From assembly GCA_038134595.1 (NCBI GenBank), contig JAYPVM010000001.1, positions 382,035 through 446,034 of the forward strand: a DNA stretch of 64,000 nt, in the 5' to 3' direction. This DNA comes from Pseudomonadota bacterium. GTDB lineage: Bacteria; Bdellovibrionota_C; UBA2361; OMII01. Within the stretch, counting starts at the first letter, position 1. Each line of letters starts with the position of its first letter. The notes under the pieces were generated by a model. That model was not told the origin of the DNA. It was given only the letters and a program-made list of their open reading frames with translations, and made no database searches. This document shows positions 19,580-28,735 of the stretch, in pieces. The translations under genes were made by a program, and so were the position numbers.

Positions 19580-20893
19580 TTATTCGGATGTTTTGAGACG
19601 CAGTATGATTCGGGCGAAAGCATTCGGACGAAAATCATCAGCAGAGCGAAGAACATCAAAGAGAGCATCTAGATCTTTCCCATGTTGAGAGCGGATATCT
19701 GGATTAGTTGCCAGGATAGACTGCAGCCCCATGCCGAGCTGTTCTGCGACTTCAAATGTCGGAAAGGGAGTAGCTTCGCCAAAGGCTAGGAGCCCTGAAA
19801 AGAGCTGGCGCGTTGTTTGTGGCGAATAATTAAGTGCTTGCACCATCGGACGAACGGATTCTTGTAGAAACTGTTGAAGCTTTAAGAGAGAGTCTACTGC
19901 GCCCTTATCTGAAAATGACTGATGAATCCCTTCCGTTAATTTGGCTAGTGTTCTTGCCTTCTCTGGATCTACTTTAGAGAGGCCGGCTTGAAGAAGTAGT
20001 AGGGGAGCAAGATTAAGTTTAAGGCTTCCTGGCTCTTTTGCATACGAGCGCTCCTTCCACTGGTTAAGCTTTAAGGGATGATGACAGGAGTAGCAATCAA
20101 AGATGCTTAGCTCAGGAAGCATCCCACGCCGAACAAAGGAAGGGTCTTGTAATTGTGTTGCCAAAGCGATGCTGTGTTCAAGTTGTCCGGTTAGCCACGT
20201 TTTAGCTGGGATGTATGCGCCTTTTCTTTTTTTGTAGTCTTCATCAACAACCCAGTGCTTAGGTTCCAAAATGCTGTAGGTATCAAGCTCGAATGTTAAA
20301 CGCGGATGTCCGGCGCCGTAGAGCTTGTGTGTTACTTGTTGTTTCGTATCGCCGTAGTGGCACGACAAGCAGAGTTCTGCGCGCGCATTGAGAGAATAGG
20401 TATCATGGAGTCCGTTTTGAAGGTTCTGTTCATGTGTAGCCCCACGCTCTGCATGGCTTGTTAGCCAATTTTGACTGGCTCCGTGACACGATTCACATGA
20501 TACTCCATCTTCTACTGAGTATTTCTCTCCTTGAAGCGAGGTGTCTGCTACATACGTTGCATGACACCGTAAGCATAGCGGCTCTTTTGTCGCATCTGAT
20601 ATCCCAAGGTGTTTTGCCATCTTCTTTGCATCAGAAGTCATGAGATTTGTATATGCCTTGGAGTGCTTATCGTGTGAGGCCCACGTCGTGTATTCATTTT
20701 GCAGCACATTCGTGCTCTTTCTAGCCTTTGTCGCACCGTGGCAATTTGATGATGAGCACGAACCAGTGCCTTCGTATCGAGGAAGGGCGTACGCAGAAGC
20801 TACGGTGTATCCGACCAAGAAAGCAGTGGAGATCGCACAGAAAGAATAAAGCCTTGTTACGTGTGCGATTAGTTGAAATGTTTTGGTCTTCAT
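19580..20893 (-). CDS. Periplasmic multiheme cytochrome c (c554-like), 4 CxxCH plus 1 CX4CH
   Basis: Signal peptide; CSSSNCH, CLRCH, CESCH, CLSCH, CYSCHH; GVSCESCHG and YGAGHPRL. Confidence 0.9.
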   Translation of the reverse strand: MKTKTFQLIAHVTRLYSFCAISTAFLVGYTVASAYALPRYEGTGSCSSSNCHGATKARKSTNVLQNEYTTWASHDKHSKAYTNLMTSDAKKMAKHLGISDATKEPLCLRCHATYVADTSLQGEKYSVEDGVSCESCHGASQNWLTSHAERGATHEQNLQNGLHDTYSLNARAELCLSCHYGDTKQQVTHKLYGAGHPRLTFELDTYSILEPKHWVVDEDYKKRKGAYIPAKTWLTGQLEHSIALATQLQDPSFVRRGMLPELSIFDCYSCHHPLKLNQWKERSYAKEPGSLKLNLAPLLLLQAGLSKVDPEKARTLAKLTEGIHQSFSDKGAVDSLLKLQQFLQESVRPMVQALNYSPQTTRQLFSGLLAFGEATPFPTFEVAEQLGMGLQSILATNPDIRSQHGKDLDALFDVLRSADDFRPNAFARIILRLKTSE

Positions 20894-21082
20894 TACATCG
20901 TAAAGGTTGTGTGTAATCTATCTAACGAGTTGATGATAGCGTTGTAGTTAGATGCATGGAACACTAGCTTTATATGCGAAGAAGTTTTTAATTGCCAAGA
21001 GAAGAATCTTGAATACAATCGAAGTGTTCTCAAGTTTAGGGGGATACGGAAGTCTCCTTAGAAACACACTGTTCTATTAAGT

Positions 21083-23425
21083 ATGGGCGAAATTCTAGAA
21101 ATTGCAATTATCGGCGCAGGGCCCGGTGGAATTGGCGCCGCTACGAATGCGGCTCGCCATGGAATTAGTCACGTACTTATCGAAAAAGCAGAAGTAGCAA
21201 ATACTATCTATCAGTATCAGCTTAAGAAATACGTCATGGCGGAGCCGCAACATCTTCCGCTACGAGCAGAGTGCCGATTCGAGGCTGGCTCAAGAGAGAC
21301 TATTCTTGAGCAATTCGGAGAGGACCTCGAACGCCATGGAGTCAATGTCGTCAAAGGAGAGGTTACAGCTATTGAGAGAGAGGGCGAGCTCTATCGAATC
21401 TCGTACGGAGACGCATCGTGTTTAGCTAGACATATTGTAATGGCAATAGGAGTACAAGGCTCTCCTCGAAAGCTTGGAGTTTCAGGAGACGCTCTGCCGC
21501 ATGTTTTCTACACGCTTTCAGATCCAGAGGCGCATACTGGAAAAGATATCGTTGTAGTTGGAGCAGGGGATGCCGCTATTGAGAATGCCTTGGCGTTGCT
21601 TGAACGCAATACCGTAACGCTTATAAACAGAGGTGCTGAATTTGCACGAGCAAAAGATGCCAATAGTAGAAAGATACTGCAGGCGATCTCATCTGGAGAG
21701 ATGCGGTGCTTCTACAATACGACCATAGAGAGTGTGAAAAGTGATACGATCGTTTTAAATACTCCCGAAGGAGAGGTTTCAGTGCCGTGCAATCATATCA
21801 TTGCGCGGTTGGGATGTGTGCCTCCGAGAAAATTCCTGGAAGGGGTCGGAATCTCTTTTCCTAGTGCAGATATCAACTCGGTTCCCGTAGTCTCTGAGCG
21901 ATATGAATCAAATGTGCCGGGGATACACATCATTGGAGCGCTGATCGGATATCCCCTAATCAAGCAGGCGATTAATCAAGGGTATGAAGTTGTCGAGCAT
22001 ATACGGGGTGCACCGGTTCTTCCTGCAGATCAGCCGCTTGTAGAGGAGCGCTTTAGTCATATCGAAAACGGGTATGAAAATTATTTTCTGCGACTTCAAG
22101 AGCTTTTGCCTCACTTTCAAGAGCTAAGCTCGCCGCAGATTCGAGAGCTTGTTATCGATTCTTCGGTACATGAGATGAGACCCGTTACGACGGTATTTGA
22201 GAAAAACGATTATACCGACACGTTTTGGAGTGTTTTATCAGGAAGTGTGCATGTTGTTCTCGATGGTGGGGAGCGTACCGTAACGTTATCAGCTGGCGAT
22301 GTTTTTGGAGAGATGGGGCTTCTCTCCGGTAGACGTCGAATGGCGACTATAAAAACCGGTCTAAGTGGTGCAGTGTTGCTTGAAACTCCTCGAAAACAGA
22401 TCGTAAAGCTTTTAGCCTCCGTGGAGCCTTTTAAGGTTTATATCGATAGGCTCTTTATGGAGCGAGCTTTAGGCGCATCAGTTTTTGCAGGCGCTTCACA
22501 CGAGTTTTTAAGTGACTTGGTATCTAAAGCTACGCTTAAAACCTTCAAGAAGGGCGAGATGCTTTTTGCAGAGGGAGACGAAGGGCATGAGATGTTTTTT
22601 ATTCGCAAAGGCTCTATCAAAATCTCCCGGAGAAATTCAAAAAAAGTCGATATCGCACAAACATATGTACCTGCTGGCCATATCATTGGTGAGATGGCTG
22701 TGTTGCAGGACAACGGAATAAGAAGCGCATCCGCTACTGCCGCTGTGCCCGTTGAAGTAGTAGTGATTAAAAAAAGCGACTTGGATCAATTGCAAGAGCG
22801 GTTTCCCGAGGCGTTACACGCTATCGAGCAGGTGGCAGAGGATCGTGCCATTGAGAACACGCTCGCTGATTGGAGTGAGGAGTCTGCCTCACTTCTAGAT
22901 TTTATGGTCCAAGAGGGACTTACTGATGCCGAGAGTGTTTTACTCATAGATTCTAATCTGTGCATTGGTTGTGATAACTGCGAGAGTGCGTGTGCGGCGA
23001 CTCACGGTGGATATTCAAGGCTTGATCGCAAAGAAGGCAAGAGTTTTGCTTCGTTGCAGCTTCCGATAGCGTGCCGACACTGTGAAAATCCGTTGTGTAT
23101 GCTTGATTGTCCACCTGATGCGCTTACACGGCAGGAGGATGGTGAGGTAGTGATTCGTGATTCCTGTATCGGATGTGGAAACTGTGTTACCAACTGTCCG
23201 TATGGTGTGATTAAACTTGTCCACGATGCTCCAGAGAGTCGATGGTCGCTCTTTGATCTCTTTAAGAAAAAGCAAAAAGATACAGGCCCCGCAAAGGCGG
23301 CGAAGTGTGATATGTGTCACGACCACAAGGGAGGCCCAGCCTGCGTACGCGCGTGCCCAACTGGAGCCGCGATTCGGGTGAATGCCGAAAAGTTAATTCA
23401 GATTGCGGGGACAAAGCATGAATAG
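21083..23425 (+). CDS. TrxB/FNR-like flavo-oxidoreductase fused to two cNMP-binding domains and a 4x[4Fe-4S] ferredoxin
   Basis: IIGAGPGG (FAD), VVGAGDAAIE (NAD(P)H), FGEMGLL..RRMAT and IGEMAVL..RSASA (cNMP), CIGCDNCESAC / CRHC..PLC...CP / CIGCGNC...CP / CDMC..PACVRACP. Confidence 0.9.
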   Translation: MGEILEIAIIGAGPGGIGAATNAARHGISHVLIEKAEVANTIYQYQLKKYVMAEPQHLPLRAECRFEAGSRETILEQFGEDLERHGVNVVKGEVTAIEREGELYRISYGDASCLARHIVMAIGVQGSPRKLGVSGDALPHVFYTLSDPEAHTGKDIVVVGAGDAAIENALALLERNTVTLINRGAEFARAKDANSRKILQAISSGEMRCFYNTTIESVKSDTIVLNTPEGEVSVPCNHIIARLGCVPPRKFLEGVGISFPSADINSVPVVSERYESNVPGIHIIGALIGYPLIKQAINQGYEVVEHIRGAPVLPADQPLVEERFSHIENGYENYFLRLQELLPHFQELSSPQIRELVIDSSVHEMRPVTTVFEKNDYTDTFWSVLSGSVHVVLDGGERTVTLSAGDVFGEMGLLSGRRRMATIKTGLSGAVLLETPRKQIVKLLASVEPFKVYIDRLFMERALGASVFAGASHEFLSDLVSKATLKTFKKGEMLFAEGDEGHEMFFIRKGSIKISRRNSKKVDIAQTYVPAGHIIGEMAVLQDNGIRSASATAAVPVEVVVIKKSDLDQLQERFPEALHAIEQVAEDRAIENTLADWSEESASLLDFMVQEGLTDAESVLLIDSNLCIGCDNCESACAATHGGYSRLDRKEGKSFASLQLPIACRHCENPLCMLDCPPDALTRQEDGEVVIRDSCIGCGNCVTNCPYGVIKLVHDAPESRWSLFDLFKKKQKDTGPAKAAKCDMCHDHKGGPACVRACPTGAAIRVNAEKLIQIAGTKHE

Positions 23426-23440
23426 AGCTGGAGTACACGC

Positions 23441-24259
23441 ATGACTACAGAGACTTTTGTCAGCTATAAAAGCTTTCGGTGGCTTTGGATTGCCTGTACT
23501 GCGTTACTTGTAAGTGGCTACATCTACTGGCTTGATGATCCTATCGGTGGAAGAAATGGAGGAACGCTTGTTGGATACGCACTGGGTGTCATCGCTACGA
23601 TTGCTGTTGTGTGGCTCATGGCGTACGGACTACGGAAGCGAAGTTATCATTCATCGCTCGGTACTGTAGAGGGTTGGCTCTCTGCACATGTGTGGATAGG
23701 GCTCGGTGTTTTAGTGCTCGTTCCTCTTCATGCTGGATTTAGCTTTGGAATCAATGTTCATACACTTGCATACGGCTGTATGGTCATAACAATTCTCTCC
23801 GGTATCTGGGGGGTGGCTAACTATGCCACGCTCACAACAAAGATAACCTCACATCACGGGGGCGCTAAAGAGAGCGCTGTTGTTGAGCAGATGCACGCCA
23901 TATCAGAGGAGCTTGACCGCCTCTGTGCAGGAAAAAGTGCTGAGTTTTTAGATATCTTCAATGCATACAATTTTTCATTTCATCCAAGCCTCCGTGCCCT
24001 TCTAAAGCGAAACTCCATTCCAGCCATCGACTCTAAGCGAGTACAACAGCAGATGCAGGGGGTGTCAGAGCAAGAGAGTGCAGATGCCCTAACAATGATT
24101 GGACTCCTTGATCAGAGAATCGATCTTGCAAGGGGGCTCCTTGAACAGGCTCGCATAAAAGCGCTTCTCAAAGTGTGGTTGTATATTCATGTTCCGTGTT
24201 CGGTTGCACTGTGTGTAACCCTTGCAATTCATATTCTTTCAGTATTTTATTTTTGGTAG
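23441..24259 (+). CDS. Inner-membrane protein with conserved-looking His residues (possible heme-b carrier)
   Basis: About 5 TMs; WLSAHVWIG, PLHAGF, NVHTL, WLYIHVP, AIHIL. Confidence 0.75.
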   Translation: MTTETFVSYKSFRWLWIACTALLVSGYIYWLDDPIGGRNGGTLVGYALGVIATIAVVWLMAYGLRKRSYHSSLGTVEGWLSAHVWIGLGVLVLVPLHAGFSFGINVHTLAYGCMVITILSGIWGVANYATLTTKITSHHGGAKESAVVEQMHAISEELDRLCAGKSAEFLDIFNAYNFSFHPSLRALLKRNSIPAIDSKRVQQQMQGVSEQESADALTMIGLLDQRIDLARGLLEQARIKALLKVWLYIHVPCSVALCVTLAIHILSVFYFW

Positions 24260-24267
24260 GACTCGCT

Positions 24268-25920
24268 GTGTTTCGTTTAATATATGAAAAGAAGCGAGAA
24301 GATGGAGGCGTTGAACGTCTCGTTCAAGAATTTCCTCATGATGAGATAACCATCGGAAGAGGGGGTGAATCTACAGTTGTAATTCCGGGGCGACGCCTAG
24401 CTTTAGTGCATGCCCGCATGGTGTGGGATGGACAGGCGCTTGTGGTGGTGGATGCCGGCTCTGTTGCTGGTGTGAGAGCCGAGGGAAGGCGCATCGCGCG
24501 AGAGAATCTTGCAAGCGGAGATACTATAGTATTAGGAGATGTATCGATCCGATGTGAATATGCAAACGGCTCTGTAGATCTCATCTGTCACATCGATGAG
24601 GAAGAAAAGATTCAAGTGCGGGCAAAAGACACGCTTGCAGGCTTGCGCGTAGAGACATACCTGCCCAGTATGCGAGCCTTGTGCCTCGTTGTCGGACTAG
24701 CAGCACTTATAGGATGTGGACTATACCCCTTTCTAGACGGAGATTTTAGTGCCTGGAGTAGCGGGCCAATCGCAAACCCACACAAATTAATTGAAGCCGA
24801 TTGCCAGAAGTGTCATACAAGCCCCTTTGAGCAGGTGCCAGATTCAAGCTGTTTGGCGTGTCACTCAATGACAGAGCACGGAAGCTCCAGCATGAATCAA
24901 GTAAGAGTGGGGCACCCCGATACTGAAAAGAGGTGTGCGCAGTGTCACATGGATCACAACGGCACATCGGGACTTATCGAAGAAGATGCTCGCCAATGCA
25001 CCACATGCCACGCCAACCTCAAACAGCACGCAAAAGAATCTACATTTCTCGATGTCAGTTCGTTTGCCAAGCACCCGCAGTTTCATATCGCTCTTCTAGA
25101 CAGTGCTGACCGCACAATTCGCGTTCCAATCGATAGTACAGACGCGATAGACCCAGGAACGATACAGCTAAATCACGCAGTTCATCTTGAAGGATTTATC
25201 AGAACTCGCACAGGAGAGAAGAAATTGGCGTGCAACTCATGTCATGAGTTGTCAGGAGACTTTAAGACCATTAAGCCGATATCATTTGATAACCACTGTA
25301 GAGAGTGCCACAGTTTAAGCTTTGATGACAGAGATCCCGAACAAGAAGTGCCTCACGGCGATGCTGAGGTGATATTCCCATTTCTCTACACCCATTACAC
25401 TACACAGACGTTAGAGAGAGAAAACAAGCCTGCAACCAAAACCTCTACAATGGATGTTAGTCGTAGGATACCGGGGAGCGAACCCGTTGCTCTCAGTGTA
25501 AAAGGCTCTCCGCAGGAGCTAGCTAGAGAAGCCGAAAGACAGCTATTTACCAAAACAGGATGCGCGCTCTGTCACGGTATAGATGAGAAACCGGTAGAAG
25601 AGCGAAAGGAAGACAATGCTCACTACCGAATTAAACCTTCAAACATCAAAACCGTGTGGTTGCCCCATGCCCGATTTAGTCACGGTGCGCACGAAGAGTA
25701 TACCTGTGAGTCGTGCCATGCAGGTGTGCAGAAATCAACGAACAGCGGGGATGTGCTCCTTCCAAAGGTGGGGATATGCCAAAACTGCCACGCGGATAAT
25801 CACAGAAAAGGTTTTGTATCGTCAGATTGCGTGACGTGTCATTCGCATCACGATCAGCAGGCTATGGCGCCTGAAAAGAAGCTTGATATTAGGACATACA
25901 TTCGGTCGTTGATACGGTGA
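24268..25920 (+). CDS. FHA-domain / TM / decaheme cytochrome c fusion
   Basis: ITIGRG...HAR..D.GS..G...L..GDTI.LG (FHA-like), one TM, then 10 CxxCH motifs; GTG start 24268. Confidence 0.88.
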   Translation: MFRLIYEKKREDGGVERLVQEFPHDEITIGRGGESTVVIPGRRLALVHARMVWDGQALVVVDAGSVAGVRAEGRRIARENLASGDTIVLGDVSIRCEYANGSVDLICHIDEEEKIQVRAKDTLAGLRVETYLPSMRALCLVVGLAALIGCGLYPFLDGDFSAWSSGPIANPHKLIEADCQKCHTSPFEQVPDSSCLACHSMTEHGSSSMNQVRVGHPDTEKRCAQCHMDHNGTSGLIEEDARQCTTCHANLKQHAKESTFLDVSSFAKHPQFHIALLDSADRTIRVPIDSTDAIDPGTIQLNHAVHLEGFIRTRTGEKKLACNSCHELSGDFKTIKPISFDNHCRECHSLSFDDRDPEQEVPHGDAEVIFPFLYTHYTTQTLERENKPATKTSTMDVSRRIPGSEPVALSVKGSPQELAREAERQLFTKTGCALCHGIDEKPVEERKEDNAHYRIKPSNIKTVWLPHARFSHGAHEEYTCESCHAGVQKSTNSGDVLLPKVGICQNCHADNHRKGFVSSDCVTCHSHHDQQAMAPEKKLDIRTYIRSLIR

Positions 25921-26076
25921 GTAGTATTAGGGGGAGCGCCTGAAGAAATTCACACGCGTTACCGACGCTTGCAATAGGCAAGCACCAAACATCCATACTG
26001 TTTACCGTACCTACACAGAAGCCTGCAATGCACCTGACGGCCCGCTGCCGAGTGAAAGATGTCTTTTCGCCGCACA

Positions 26077-26370
26077 CCACGCGGCGTCATGTAATGGGGT
26101 CCCCTAGGTACGATCAATCGTCCCTTCCCTGCCATTAATCAGTAATCGAAAGTCGACAGGAGTAGTTCTGCGCAACGAGAAAAAAGTAGTTTAGTCGTGA
26201 CTGGTACGATATATCGCCACGCTGCGTCATGTGATGGGGTACCCTAGGTACGATCAATCGTTTCTTCCGTGCCATTACTCAGCAACCGAAAGTTGATAGG
26301 AGAAGTTCTGCGCAACGAGAAAAAAGTAGTTTAGTCGTGACTGGTACGATATATCCGGTACGATATATCC
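26077..26370 (+). repeat. Tandem 140-bp repeat (copies start 26077 and 26217) ending in duplicated GGTACGATATATCC
   Basis: Two aligned copies with scattered substitutions. Confidence 0.92.
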
Positions 26371-26517
26371 TCGAGTGCTAGCTTAAGAACAGGGAAGCGG
26401 CTGACTAATATTATGTTCTCCAATTGCCTCCGTGTTCACCAAAAAGATGATTGCCGATGATAATGCTACCGTGTATAGTCTCTATTAAAATTTATTAAGA
26501 GCGAAGGATGGAGTTTA

Positions 26518-26733
26518 ATGGTTCAGAAATTAGGATTGATTTTAGTTTTAGCTATTGCTTTCTCGGTAACTGGGTGTTCAAGCAAAGCGGGGCCGTTTGT
26601 GACTAGTATCAGTAGCGATGGTGAGGGCGGTATAGTTGTAGAGAAGTGTATGGTGCGCTTAGACCGCATGATCAACACGGTCGAGAGTGCTGATTGTACA
26701 AATACAAACATAGTATTGCGCAAGGTGCGCTGA
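26518..26733 (+). CDS. Small lipoprotein
   Basis: Lipobox VTG|C, AGGATGGAG RBS, two further Cys. Confidence 0.75.
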   Translation: MVQKLGLILVLAIAFSVTGCSSKAGPFVTSISSDGEGGIVVEKCMVRLDRMINTVESADCTNTNIVLRKVR

Positions 26734-26738
26734 TGTGG

Positions 26739-26808
26739 GGATATATCGTACCGGATATGTCGTACCAGTCACGACTAAACTACTTTTTTCTCGTTGCGCG
26801 GAACTTCT
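26739..26808 (-). repeat. 70-bp inverted copy of 26301-26370
   Basis: Reverse complement matches 26301-26370 at all but two positions. Confidence 0.92.
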
Positions 26809-26886
26809 AACTAACACTGGTGCCTGCCAGCAGTTTTTCACACTAGTTTTTCAAATGCGCTTTAGAAAAGTTTTTGGAATAAACCC

Positions 26887-27996
26887 TTATTTATCGCGAT
26901 CTGGCAGTCTGTAACTGGTGCTACGTCCGCCTCCGGAATTCTGAATGAAAATCTCACGCTCCTTTAAATCCTGAATATCCCGCAAGGCTGTATCATTCGA
27001 ACATTTGGCCAGCTTGGCGTATTTGGAGGTGCTCATAAAACCCTCAAAATCATCTTCAAGCATACGGTTAATGATCAAGCGCTGGCGATCATTTACAGGC
27101 TTTTGGTTGATTACATGCCAGAGCTGTGCTTTGAACAGCACATTACCAAGCGTATCTTCCGCATTGCTGATGGCTCGGCCAAGGCAATCTAAGAACCAGG
27201 ACAGCCAGTCTGTAATATTAGGTGTAGAGCGTTGTTGCGCTTCAAGCTGATGATAATACTGCTTGCGCTCTGCCTCAATTTGCGATGACAGACTATAAAA
27301 ACGATCTGGTGTGCCATCGGCACGAGCAAGCACCATATCACCAATAGCTCTGGCGATACGTCCATTGCCATCTTCAAACGCATGGATTGTTACAAACCAT
27401 AAGTGTGCAATACCTGCTTTGATGACAGGGTCGGTAGTAGCTTCGGTCGCCAGCCACGCAAGAAACGCTTTCATTTCCTTTTCTAAGCGCGCAGCAGTAG
27501 GAGCCTCAAAATGCACCTTTTCTTTACCGATAGGGCCAGAAACAACCTGCATAGGACCAGCCTCTACTGTTCGCCACCCTCCAACGGTGATTTTGTGCAG
27601 GCCGCTACGCCCCGTTGGAAACAAGGCGGCATGCCAGTCAAAAAGCCGGTCTTTGGTTAGTGGTTTGGAATACTGTTGCGTGGCATCGAGCATCATTTCA
27701 ACGATGCCTTCAACATCGCGGCTTGCAGGGACAAGCCCGGCAATGTCAATTCCAAGCCTGCGGGCAATGGATGAACGCACCTCTTCAGGGTTAAGATTCT
27801 CACCTTCGATTGCCGATGATTTAACAACATCATTGGTAAGTGTCCCGAGAGTTGCTTCACGCTTTAGCTCAAAACCAAGGCTCTCCATGCGCCCCAGTAA
27901 ACGGCCCTGGCGATGGCGTATATCAGCAAGCTTGGATGCAAGGGATTCTGCATCCCATGTAAAGTTTGGCCAGTTTTGATGTTCATGAATCCACAT
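26887..27996 (-). CDS. Fic family protein with N-terminal DUF4172 and C-terminal HTH
   Basis: MWIHE..NWPNFTWD, SSAIEGE, HAFEDGNGRIAR, SNDTALRDIQDL..GGRSTSY. Confidence 0.93.
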   Translation of the reverse strand: MWIHEHQNWPNFTWDAESLASKLADIRHRQGRLLGRMESLGFELKREATLGTLTNDVVKSSAIEGENLNPEEVRSSIARRLGIDIAGLVPASRDVEGIVEMMLDATQQYSKPLTKDRLFDWHAALFPTGRSGLHKITVGGWRTVEAGPMQVVSGPIGKEKVHFEAPTAARLEKEMKAFLAWLATEATTDPVIKAGIAHLWFVTIHAFEDGNGRIARAIGDMVLARADGTPDRFYSLSSQIEAERKQYYHQLEAQQRSTPNITDWLSWFLDCLGRAISNAEDTLGNVLFKAQLWHVINQKPVNDRQRLIINRMLEDDFEGFMSTSKYAKLAKCSNDTALRDIQDLKEREIFIQNSGGGRSTSYRLPDRDK

Positions 27997-28000
27997 AGTA

Positions 28001-28098
28001 ATCACCGCATTAATTAAGGCGATTATAGGCGGTATTCACCGCAAGGTCAAGATAAATCACCGCACGCCATGCGGTGATTATGCAGGCGATTCACCGCA
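28001..28098. promoter_or_regulatory. Clustered TCACCGCA repeats upstream of fic (two 43-bp units, 55 bp apart)
   Basis: TCACCGCA at 28002, 28036, 28057, 28091; inverted at 28070. Confidence 0.65.
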
Positions 28099-28309
28099 GA
28101 AATAGAATTGTTGTGTAATATCAGTATGCTTGCAACTGGTTCCAGTCTACCTTTCCCGCTGGTTATCAATCGACAATAAAGAAACCGAAAGGAAGTATCA
28201 GAAGGCTGTTTCAACAACCGCGGCTCTTGTTCTTCTCATGCCAGGCCACGTAAAAACAGTAATTTGTAGCACCTACCTGATTGAATCACAGAGGTCCAAT
28301 CACAGAAGC

Positions 28310-28735
28310 CTACTCACAGGGGCTCTCACGTTTTGTATATGCTATGTGAACGTCATCAGAGACAACCAGCTCCGGCTCTCCAAACGGTACTTTATGTTCT
28401 GGAACAACGAGCCAATATCCGGCGGGGTATCGTATGCCTGAGCCATCGTCAGTTATGTGATGGAATGAGTTAAATGTGACCGCTAGACTATCGCTGTAGT
28501 GTGGCTCTAATTCCCAGGTTGCTTCGGTAGAAAGTTCCTCTACGCCGTTTGCAGATATTTTTTGCGAATAGGTATAATCGGCTCGGATATCAATACACGA
28601 GACACGCACGCCACGCCGAGATTCCCACGAGCCTACCAATTGATTCTCGGTGAGACCAAAAGTGCATCCGGCTAATAACATTGTAAATGCGGAGCCTGTG
28701 ATAAATGCTACGAAACTTGTGCTGGTTCTTTCCAT
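28310..28735 (-). CDS. Lipoprotein, putative immunity protein
   Basis: Lipobox LAG|C, 'LVGSW' lipocalin-like start; overlaps the upstream toxin-like ORF. Confidence 0.6.
   Translation of the reverse strand: MERTSTSFVAFITGSAFTMLLAGCTFGLTENQLVGSWESRRGVRVSCIDIRADYTYSQKISANGVEELSTEATWELEPHYSDSLAVTFNSFHHITDDGSGIRYPAGYWLVVPEHKVPFGEPELVVSDDVHIAYTKRESPCE

Noticed and set aside
19580..20893. Nitrification (HAO/c554) or NrfA assignment
   Set aside because: No hao or amo genes, no CxxCK motif, and heme count and spacing differ
26077..26370. CRISPR array
   Set aside because: Only two 140-bp copies, no unique spacers and no cas genes
27311..27979. 222-aa plus-strand ORF
   Set aside because: Antisense shadow of the Fic gene with Ser/Ala-rich non-protein-like composition
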